A stretch of 64,000 nt of DNA from a virus: IMG/VR virus record IMGVR_UViG_3300021091_000016; one strand, 5' to 3'. Shown in pieces: positions 41,285 to 48,467 of the stretch. The notes under the pieces are model-generated. The model made no database searches. It saw only the letters and a program-made list of their open reading frames with translations, and was not told the DNA's origin. The first letter of the stretch is position 1; each line of letters starts with the position of its first letter. A program made the position numbers and the translations under genes.

Positions 41285-41388
41285 AACCCTTTTTATACAC
41301 ATACTATAGTGTTTCGATGCGGACTCCGCCTGAAGAAAACTCCACTATAGCAGATGGTATTCTAACACTTTTTTAAAGGAGTATAAAT

Positions 41389-41760
41389 ATGTTAGACACA
41401 GACAGTTTACTAGACGCCGCCCAGAAAGCTACTCTTGATATTCTTCCCGATGATCAAAAAGCAGTAATCAAGGCACTGTTAACAACGCAAGCCCAACTAC
41501 AAGCCAGGAATTTAATTCTCGGTGAGTTCAGCAAGGCAACGGCACTGGCACTTCCCTATGGGAAGGAAGTCAAGGCTTTAACGCATATTGTTAATACGCA
41601 AGCGGACCTAGCCACGCTAAGTGATTTTATCACAAAAGCAATGGCTTTAGGTTGTGGCTTCTCGCTAGTTATCCAAGCACCCCAAGGTGATTTGTTCCAG
41701 AAATGGAATAAAGATATCCACAAAGGTGTAGTTGGACTAAAATCCGAGCTTAGTAAGTAA
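41389..41760 (+). CDS. Hypothetical protein
   Basis: AAGGAG RBS. Confidence 0.7.
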   Translation: MLDTDSLLDAAQKATLDILPDDQKAVIKALLTTQAQLQARNLILGEFSKATALALPYGKEVKALTHIVNTQADLATLSDFITKAMALGCGFSLVIQAPQGDLFQKWNKDIHKGVVGLKSELSK

Positions 41761-41808
41761 GGGTTTTTAGGACCGGTTAGGTTCTTTTTTTCTAAACCTT
41801 GCAGTCGA

Positions 41809-41817
41809 GACGAGACG
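41809..41817 (+). promoter_or_regulatory. GACGAGACG motif
   Basis: Follows a T-tract; preceded by GTCGA. Confidence 0.55.
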
Positions 41818-41930
41818 GCAAAAATAGAGTCTACTTGTAAAAATCAGAATACCATCCGTGGAGCTTCACGTAAAAGAGCTAGACCTTGACTCGAGGTCGT
41901 CTTAACTGTTTTGCATCAAAGGAAACTATC

Positions 41931-42071
41931 ATGTTCTATTCAATAGAAATCGCAATCAAATATTTAAGCTGTCTCCCCTACAATGTTAACACTTCTGTTG
42001 ATGTTGTATTACTCGATAAAACCTTTTGCGTTAGTAAAAGATACGCAATCATAACTGTAAAGGAAGTCTAA
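41931..42071 (+). CDS. Small hypothetical protein (MFYSIE...)
   Basis: AAGGA RBS before the ATG at 41931. Confidence 0.5.
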   Translation: MFYSIEIAIKYLSCLPYNVNTSVDVVLLDKTFCVSKRYAIITVKEV

Positions 42072-42072
42072 A

Positions 42073-42219
42073 ATGAAGTTATTTACTGTATTATTAAATA
42101 ATGGTCAGGTAGAAAGTATTAAGTGCCGCGATCAACAAATGGTTGGCGGTATTATTTCGGAGCTCACAGGTGGTGAGTTATATGTAGTTGCCATTTTAAA
42201 TGAGCAACAATTGGGCTAA
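42073..42219 (+). CDS. Small hypothetical protein, 48 aa (MKLFTV...QQLG)
   Basis: Manual translation; AAGGA RBS; the stop codon forms part of HH5 stem I. Confidence 0.6.
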   Translation: MKLFTVLLNNGQVESIKCRDQQMVGGIISELTGGELYVVAILNEQQLG

Positions 42220-42268
42220 CTGATGAGTTCTTAAGAACGAAACCTAGGGTAAAACCGATGGTCTTAGT
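42215..42268 (+). ncRNA. Hammerhead ribozyme HH5 (type I), predicted cut after C42263
   Basis: GCTAA-CTGATGA-GTTC-TTAA-GAAC-GAAACC...GGTC|TTAGT. Confidence 0.9.
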
Positions 42269-42299
42269 ATAAACACAACACAACACAAGGAGATCAAAC

Positions 42300-42476
42300 A
42301 TGCTAAAGTTTGTTATCAGGCAATTAGAGGTACCAGATTGGGATCCTCTTAGGTGGGAAGTCGCGGTGTATAGGAATGGTGTCGAGGTGTATAATGATAT
42401 TGATACCAAGGAGAATCTCGTAGGTTTATTTGAACACTTTGTTCAGAAGGAGAATCAAAATGAGATTGGAGATTGA
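42300..42476 (+). CDS. Small hypothetical protein, 58 aa (MLKFVI...)
   Basis: Manual translation; AAGGAG RBS. Confidence 0.65.
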   Translation: MLKFVIRQLEVPDWDPLRWEVAVYRNGVEVYNDIDTKENLVGLFEHFVQKENQNEIGD

Positions 42477-42603
42477 AGTATGGGATAAGGAGCATTGGGA
42501 AGTTAAGGTTATGGATGAGAGTCAAGTCATGTATCATGACGTAATTTATTGGACTCAATTAGAGGGTTTAATTGCGGAATTGAAATTGAAATATAATTTT
42601 TGA
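42460..42603 (+). CDS. Small hypothetical protein, 47 aa (MRLEIE...)
   Basis: Manual translation; AAGGAG RBS. Confidence 0.65.
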   Translation: MRLEIEVWDKEHWEVKVMDESQVMYHDVIYWTQLEGLIAELKLKYNF

Positions 42604-42801
42604 TGGGGCGCCATTATTACGCGGTCTCTTATTGTCTGGTCTTACAATAAAAGGCTATGGTAGTCAAGTTTGATTACCAGAATAGACCTATATATTTTTT
42701 AATATCTTGGATCGGCATCCAAGCGAAATTATACGCCGTAGACAGTGAAAGGTCGCATTAAACCTTTCTTTGTTAACAAGAGCAAAAATTAATGCCGTCC
42801 A

Positions 42802-42880
42802 GCCAACTGATGAGGACGTTAAACTTAGACCCTTGAACAAGGTCGAAACCTAGGGGAAACCCGATGGTCTTGGTAGTTTA
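42802..42880 (+). ncRNA. Hammerhead ribozyme HH6 (type I, atypical stem II), predicted cut after C42869
   Basis: GCCAA-CTGATGA-[31-nt domain II]-GAAACC...GGTC|TTGGT; TAAACT can pair with the 3' AGTTTA. Confidence 0.8.
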
Positions 42881-42949
42881 ATAGTAGTATGTTGCTATTA
42901 TTGAATTGGTTTTTTAAAACCAATCTTTTTTTAAAACCCTTTCTTTTCC

Positions 42950-42973
42950 GACGAGACGTCACCTGACGAGACG
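42950..42973 (+). promoter_or_regulatory. Two GACGAGACG copies
   Basis: Copies at 42950 and 42965, upstream of the ATG at 43000. Confidence 0.6.
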
Positions 42974-42999
42974 TCGCTGTACAATAGGAGATTTTTAAT

Positions 43000-43254
43000 A
43001 TGCAAGAATTTTTAAGTTTTGTTGAGAGCCAAAAACAAGTAACAAGAAACAGAAACTCTACAAATAGCATTGTTGAGAATGTTGCCAAGCTACTTGAAGC
43101 AAACATTACACATCTATTAAAGGATCATCATGCTATATATCAAATTTCCCCTGATCCATTAGAATATGGAAAAGTATTTATTAATAAGACAGTTTATCAA
43201 ATTGTAGATACTGAAAATAGAAAAGCATTATTAATTTATAATTTATATAACTAG
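43000..43254 (+). CDS. Hypothetical protein bracketed by HH6 and HH7
   Basis: AGGAG RBS; the stop codon abuts HH7. Confidence 0.7.
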   Translation: MQEFLSFVESQKQVTRNRNSTNSIVENVAKLLEANITHLLKDHHAIYQISPDPLEYGKVFINKTVYQIVDTENRKALLIYNLYN

Positions 43255-43311
43255 CCAACTGATGAGACCTTTAGCATGGTCGAAACCTAGAAGTGATTCG
43301 ATGGTCTTGGT
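43254..43311 (+). ncRNA. Hammerhead ribozyme HH7 (type I), predicted cut after C43306
   Basis: GCCAA-CTGATGA-GACC-TTTAGCAT-GGTC-GAAACC...GGTC|TTGGT. Confidence 0.92.
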
Positions 43312-43342
43312 AGCTTTAACCGTAACAAGAAGGAGACTCATT

Positions 43343-43648
43343 ATGAGTATTGTAGAAATAAATATTATTGCGGCGATTATTTGTATATGTATCGCAACAA
43401 TATATAACCTACTCACTGATTTTAAACGATTCAATGATGTAGCTGTAGTAGCATGGTCTATATTAGAAGTGCTGGGATTCAAAAGAGAGTACCATTGGAG
43501 CGGTAATATTATTGCATTCGTTCTTAACCAAGTAGTGAATGTAGTAGTATTTATGTATTTGCCAGGACTATTCCTAATCTGTGCTATATCCTATATTATT
43601 GTAGGATTAAATAGCATATCAGAGGAGTTGAATGCAAATGAGCTTTAA
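43343..43648 (+). CDS. Membrane protein (start reassigned to MSIVE)
   Basis: AAGGAG RBS before 43343; hydrophobic helices. Confidence 0.65.
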   Translation: MSIVEINIIAAIICICIATIYNLLTDFKRFNDVAVVAWSILEVLGFKREYHWSGNIIAFVLNQVVNVVVFMYLPGLFLICAISYIIVGLNSISEELNANEL

Positions 43649-43868
43649 TATTGCTTTATGTATCTTTTCATCCTGGTTGTTCGTAGACGAAATGCAATTC
43701 TTAAACGCAACACTTAACCAAACGCTTAGACTCGATATAAAGATTCTAATGCATATGATTACCTTAACTGTACTTTCAATGAATGCATCAATGATGCTAT
43801 CCATGCCACAAAGCTACACTCTATTCGGAGTAGTAGCTATCATAACCTATATCATCTACAAAGGATAA
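43632..43868 (+). CDS. Small membrane protein
   Basis: AGGAG RBS; hydrophobic. Confidence 0.55.
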   Translation: MQMSFNIALCIFSSWLFVDEMQFLNATLNQTLRLDIKILMHMITLTVLSMNASMMLSMPQSYTLFGVVAIITYIIYKG

Positions 43869-43873
43869 CTGTA

Positions 43874-44200
43874 ATGTTAGAAGAACACTATCAAGGCTCA
43901 GCATTTAGAGAATGCCAAACCACTGACAATGAAATGTATTGTCAAACAAACAAATTTATTACTAGAGATGATAAGGTAATTGAGTATGTCGAAAGATATT
44001 ATAAGAAAACCTCATCGTTCTTGGTAATGTTCAATCCCTCAAATATCCCACTATTTGAGGATAGGGTCATGGTCTATGCAGAACAAATTCAATTTGCTAA
44101 GAACCTAGACATGGATATTAAATTTAAGAAGGATAAAAGACATCCAGATTTATATGTAGTACATATCGACCCAAAGAGTGAGATAAACACTACATGTTAG
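43874..44200 (+). CDS. Hypothetical protein
   Basis: RBS, operon packing. Confidence 0.6.
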   Translation: MLEEHYQGSAFRECQTTDNEMYCQTNKFITRDDKVIEYVERYYKKTSSFLVMFNPSNIPLFEDRVMVYAEQIQFAKNLDMDIKFKKDKRHPDLYVVHIDPKSEINTTC

Positions 44201-44436
44201 ATTTGTATATTAGCTGTTGGATATTCAGCAGTATCTTTTTTATTGGTTATATATTGGTAAAGAGAGATGAGATAGAAGCTGTTAATGTGCCGTTTGATTT
44301 AGAATTTATTAAATCGGTAATAGGCTTTTACTTCATGTCATTCTTTACCTGGCATATGCTAGTGGCTCTATTAGTCACAGACCCAAAAGGATTTGATAAT
44401 GAAATTAAGAAATCAGTCCAAAACTACTCAAAATAA
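44194..44436 (+). CDS. Small membrane protein
   Basis: Two hydrophobic segments. Confidence 0.55.
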   Translation: MLDLYISCWIFSSIFFIGYILVKRDEIEAVNVPFDLEFIKSVIGFYFMSFFTWHMLVALLVTDPKGFDNEIKKSVQNYSK

Positions 44437-44449
44437 AGGAACACAAAAA

Positions 44450-44830
44450 ATGAGCAATCAAGACACAACAACAGAGACTCCTAAGGTAGATACACCTAAG
44501 GTAGAAGCTCCAAAAGAAGAAACTCCCAAAGTGGAGACTCCTAAGACAGAAGTAAAAAGCTTTAATGAAATCTATAAGGACTTACCTAGATGGTCTAAGA
44601 TATTACTCTCGTTAGTAGTAATTAGTGCAATTTATAAGTTCGTCCCAATTGTGGAGCTATTGACATTGTTTTTCTGGGCTGTAATGGTTCCAGTAGTATT
44701 TCTATTTATGTTAGGCGTTATTAGTAGTGAGACCTATGATTCCATTTGTGATGGAATCACTGGTATTAAGAAAGCCGTCAAAACAAAGCTAGAAGAAGAA
44801 AAAACACAAGCTCCTCAGAATGCATCGTAG
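44450..44830 (+). CDS. Membrane protein with N-terminal (E/D)TPK repeats
   Basis: AAGGA RBS before MSNQD; two TM segments. Confidence 0.65.
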   Translation: MSNQDTTTETPKVDTPKVEAPKEETPKVETPKTEVKSFNEIYKDLPRWSKILLSLVVISAIYKFVPIVELLTLFFWAVMVPVVFLFMLGVISSETYDSICDGITGIKKAVKTKLEEEKTQAPQNAS

Positions 44831-44914
44831 TGCGTGTACTGAACACAACTACAGTCTTTTACCCCTAGAAAACCTAATCCCCCCTATCTCGAAAAGAGAG
44901 AAAGTACTTAACAA

Positions 44915-45478
44915 ATGTTTAGTAAAGTATCAAATGTAATCACAGTTTTTAAAGCATTTTGCCACAATCCAAGCATTCAAGGAGAATTGATGGACAGCTT
45001 AAGAAAGAAAGTAGTAGAAAGCTCAATGAATCTCATCACTGTATATAGTGCAGTAATTGATGAAAGACATAAGGTAATCGAGACTTTATCTAAATTAGAG
45101 GATACTGTTAATCTTATTGAGGAAAGATGGAACCTACATGTAACAGATGTAGCTACATATAAGAATACAAAGATTGGTAAAGCAGTAAAGGCAATTATTG
45201 AATCAGATTCTGAGATTGATAGCAGGGTAATTAATAAGCTAGAATCAGCAATCGACGATGTGAATCCAAGAAAAATTATCAATGTTTACAAGGCTTTAGA
45301 TACTGGTAGTCTCGAGAGAAGGCTTGATGCACTACAGGAACAATATGAGGAGATTCAAGGAATTAATGGTATTGCTGCTAGAGATACAGAGGTACTAGTC
45401 AAGCATCATATGCAACTAGTAGAGATGGTATTGGCAGAAAGGAAATGTGAATCCACACAAGAAGAATATAATTTTTAA
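44915..45478 (+). CDS. Coiled-coil hypothetical protein
   Basis: 187-aa helical ORF. Confidence 0.6.
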   Translation: MFSKVSNVITVFKAFCHNPSIQGELMDSLRKKVVESSMNLITVYSAVIDERHKVIETLSKLEDTVNLIEERWNLHVTDVATYKNTKIGKAVKAIIESDSEIDSRVINKLESAIDDVNPRKIINVYKALDTGSLERRLDALQEQYEEIQGINGIAARDTEVLVKHHMQLVEMVLAERKCESTQEEYNF

Positions 45479-45720
45479 AAATATTTAAATATTTTTCTTG
45501 ATTTTCCGTTGTTACTTGTGTAATCTCAAATATGTGAGATGAGGTCGCAACGTTGCAGTTGCTTGGGTTGTTTGTGTTCAGTCCTAATTTATCGATTTTA
45601 TCGATACTTTAGGATTGCCTCTTGACTTAGTATACATAATATATGTATATATAAGTTATATACCCCCGACAGGGGGTAAGTCCTTCTGACTATAAAAGAA
45701 AAAAAGAAAAGAGATAAGAT

Positions 45721-45729
45721 GACGAGACG
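45721..45729 (+). promoter_or_regulatory. GACGAGACG motif
   Basis: Exact copy preceded by an A-rich tract. Confidence 0.5.
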
Positions 45730-45732
45730 GCC

Positions 45733-45891
45733 CTAGTCTATTAGGTCAAATCAAACTCTAGTCTATTAGCAAACACTAAGGCCAAAACTCAGCTCGACTA
45801 GAGCTCACTCTATTGAGTCAAACTCAAATCAAACCCTAGTCTACTAAGGCAAACACTAAGTCAAACTCGAATCAAGCCATTCAAATCGAAC
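45733..45891. repeat. Degenerate 5-nt-periodic repeat tract containing a ~35-bp imperfect direct repeat
   Basis: TCAAATCAAAC.CTAGTCTA..A..GCAAACACTAAG at 45746 and 45824; CTAGTCTA three times. Confidence 0.7.
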
Positions 45892-46013
45892 GTAGCCTTT
45901 ATACTATTTTTTACGTCGTTGCTTAATCCCCAGAAATCCGTTAATCCCAAGATGCTCTGTAACGTCGACAATACCACACTATTCCCAATAACCAAGCAAG
46001 CGAGTAATACACT

Positions 46014-46250
46014 ATGCTATCCGAGCTTACAATCAACGGTAAAACACATTATTTTACCCGTACTGACTTTGACTCAGAGTCAAGAATGTTTCCATCTACA
46101 TTAGCTAGATTACTTAATAGAGGCTTTACTGATTTAGAAGTAATTAATCTATTAGGTGCTAGTGATGTTAGATATTGTGATGATTTTGTTCCCCCACCAG
46201 GGGGGTGGGATGAACAAATCCAAGATAAGGAAAATAAAGAATATGTCTAA
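46014..46250 (+). CDS. Hypothetical protein
   Basis: ORF track. Confidence 0.5.
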   Translation: MLSELTINGKTHYFTRTDFDSESRMFPSTLARLLNRGFTDLEVINLLGASDVRYCDDFVPPPGGWDEQIQDKENKEYV

Positions 46251-46533
46251 TAGATATGTATATGATATTAGTTGTATACAGGGATTATTAAAGCCTGGAT
46301 ATAATGTAATATATTGTGGCGCGGAAAAAAATAGAGATAACATTCTTTACGACTTTAATATTGAAATGAATCAAGCTGTGCTATTTAGATTTAGATTATT
46401 AGATAATACTAATTTAGGTATTGCTGATTCATATCTTATTAATAGCTATGAGTATGTAGATGTTATTGATTCAAATATATTAGGCGCGTTTAAAACACTA
46501 ATTGGTAAAGAGAAACTATTCCTACTTAATTAA
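46243..46533 (+). CDS. Hypothetical protein (start MSNRY)
   Basis: AAGGA upstream; operon packing. Confidence 0.55.
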   Translation: MSNRYVYDISCIQGLLKPGYNVIYCGAEKNRDNILYDFNIEMNQAVLFRFRLLDNTNLGIADSYLINSYEYVDVIDSNILGAFKTLIGKEKLFLLN

Positions 46534-46542
46534 GGATATACA

Positions 46543-46899
46543 ATGAAATATATTTATAATGAAATATCATTCCTTTTAGAGAATGACATTTACAGACTTC
46601 ATTTGACTAGAGAATGCTTTAATTCTGATAAGGAAATACTATTATCCGCCGCGAGAATTATAGATGACATGCTCAGTCAGAATCTACAGACAACAGGCTA
46701 TATGAATTTAGAGAATGATATCAACGATATCCCAGCACAAGACTTTCTTATATACCTAGAGCATAAATATCAGCTTAATTTAGCTGTTAGATTATGCACT
46801 GATTTTGAAACTGTATTACCCTTAAGTATTACTAAGGAAAAATACATTCCACCAACTAAGGATGATGAATGCAATACAGAAGTATCCATCCTAAAATAA
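46543..46899 (+). CDS. Hypothetical protein
   Basis: RBS. Confidence 0.6.
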   Translation: MKYIYNEISFLLENDIYRLHLTRECFNSDKEILLSAARIIDDMLSQNLQTTGYMNLENDINDIPAQDFLIYLEHKYQLNLAVRLCTDFETVLPLSITKEKYIPPTKDDECNTEVSILK

Positions 46900-47231
46900 A
46901 TGAATATGATAATTATAGATTATATTTAGCGGCGCAAAGCTTAATAGAAAAATATGTACATAGAACTCCATTCCTATTATCACATTTAGAGGAGAGTACT
47001 AGGTTAGATATTCAAAAGGATTTATGCTTTGACTCAAATCAATATTATGTTATATATAACAGCTACCTTGCTAAGCTTATGCAAGAGCTAGGTGAGCCGA
47101 TTTCAAATAGATTGTTATATCCTATTTGGCAACGCAGATATACTAACCCTGAGATTTTAGATGACCTTATCTTTCAAAGGATAGAGGCACATGAAGTACA
47201 TAAAATACCACTTGAAGAGTTAAGAGAATGA
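46869..47231 (+). CDS. Hypothetical protein
   Basis: RBS. Confidence 0.6.
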   Translation: MQYRSIHPKINEYDNYRLYLAAQSLIEKYVHRTPFLLSHLEESTRLDIQKDLCFDSNQYYVIYNSYLAKLMQELGEPISNRLLYPIWQRRYTNPEILDDLIFQRIEAHEVHKIPLEELRE

Positions 47232-47560
47232 CTGAAAAGAAGCCAGCTCCTCCATTTCCTGAAATGGCAACCTATCAAAAGCTAGCAATGGATATTGCTA
47301 CGTTACTACAACAAAAGAATGCAGCTTATGGTAGTGCGTTTGAAAAATCTACAGAAATACTAAAGCTATTATATCCTAAAGGGATTCCATTGGATTCATA
47401 TAAGGATGTACATGTAATAGTTAGAGTATTAGATAAGCTAAGTAGAATTGCACAGAATAATGATCCATTTGGAGAGGATCCATGGATGGATATTTGTGGA
47501 TATTCTATATTAGCTCAAACAGAAAATCTTAAATTAAGAAAGAAAAAGAATGAATCTTAG
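47228..47560 (+). CDS. Nucleotide-modification-associated domain 1 (DUF1599-like) protein
   Basis: KNAAYG.AF...VRVLDKLSRI...EDPWMDICGYSIL. Confidence 0.7.
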   Translation: MTEKKPAPPFPEMATYQKLAMDIATLLQQKNAAYGSAFEKSTEILKLLYPKGIPLDSYKDVHVIVRVLDKLSRIAQNNDPFGEDPWMDICGYSILAQTENLKLRKKKNES

Positions 47561-48056
47561 AAAGTATATTAATATTGCGCGCGGATTTTTTAATCTTGAT
47601 GCTAAACAAAAAATACAAACAATGTTTCATAAGCTTGCTGATGATTTAAAGATAAATGTAAGCTACGATAGCGATTATTCAAAAAGATTCTTTCAAGAAA
47701 ACAAGCATCTCTTTAATGATGAAACAAATATAAGAGAGCTTCAAGAAAAGTTCGAAGCATTCTTTTGGTCTAAGCAAAAGGAATACGAGCAAAAGGTAAT
47801 CGCTCAAACCTTTCTATTAAGAGAGCAAATTATACTACTCCAGGATTCAGATTTACAATGGTATACCGAATCCTATATGCAATACGAAGAAGAAGTCTTT
47901 AGATATCTTAACAAGCTATATTCTAGATATACAAACGATTTAAAGGATGTATATCTATCAAGCATTATGTCTGAAACCATTAATGAATTCTTTAGTAATA
48001 TACAAGATGATGATGAAGACAATGATGCGCCACCTAAAAAGAAGAGGTATCAATGA
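47550..48056 (+). CDS. Hypothetical protein
   Basis: ORF track. Confidence 0.6.
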   Translation: MNLRKYINIARGFFNLDAKQKIQTMFHKLADDLKINVSYDSDYSKRFFQENKHLFNDETNIRELQEKFEAFFWSKQKEYEQKVIAQTFLLREQIILLQDSDLQWYTESYMQYEEEVFRYLNKLYSRYTNDLKDVYLSSIMSETINEFFSNIQDDDEDNDAPPKKKRYQ

Positions 48057-48349
48057 ATGCATTTGTGTTTTTCCTAGCCTGTTATGGTTTAGCATGGATT
48101 ATTAGCTATGGTAAAATAACACTACCATTTAGAGAATATTTATATGCGCAAAAAGATAATGTAGCTTGCTTCTTTCTATACGAGCTAACAAAATGTGTAG
48201 TATGCACATCGTGGTGGGTTGGATTAGTAAGTCTAGCTACTGGATTCCCACAATATGTATTTAATTATGAATACTCATTAATGTATTTATATTTACCATT
48301 TGCAGTATCTGGACTAACTGCATTGATTATTGAATTATCAGAAGAATAA
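48053..48349 (+). CDS. DUF1360-like membrane protein
   Basis: TM helices with ELTKCVVCTSWW. Confidence 0.55.
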   Translation: MNAFVFFLACYGLAWIISYGKITLPFREYLYAQKDNVACFFLYELTKCVVCTSWWVGLVSLATGFPQYVFNYEYSLMYLYLPFAVSGLTALIIELSEE

Positions 48350-48350
48350 A

Positions 48351-48436
48351 TGTCATTTTTAGCTTAAAAATTAATGTCAAAAATAACACTAAAAAAACTG
48401 TCAAAAATGACATTAATTTTTGACCAATTATTGACA
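48351..48436. repeat. Intergenic array of four TGTCA-N4-TGACA palindromes, 24-bp period
   Basis: TGTCA at 48351, 48375, 48399; TGACA at 48408, 48432. Confidence 0.85.
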
Positions 48437-48467
48437 CTTCCAACATCAAACCTGTAAAAGAATAAGC

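Noticed and set aside
41304-41350. CTGAAGA-containing hairpin as a type II hammerhead
   Set aside because: Lacks GAAA-stem III-UH in the required order
41353-41856. 11-bp inverted repeat (GATGGTATTCT/AGAATACCATC) flanking ORF 41389-41760 as a group I intron or mobile element
   Set aside because: No convincing P7/R/S core, target duplication or endonuclease motif; may be chance or simple long-range pairing
43262-43342. Extended N-terminus of ORF 43262-43648
   Set aside because: The ATG lies in the HH7 core with no RBS; a strong RBS precedes 43343
45733-45891. CRISPR array
   Set aside because: No constant repeat with unique spacers; only degenerate short-period repeats, and no cas genes
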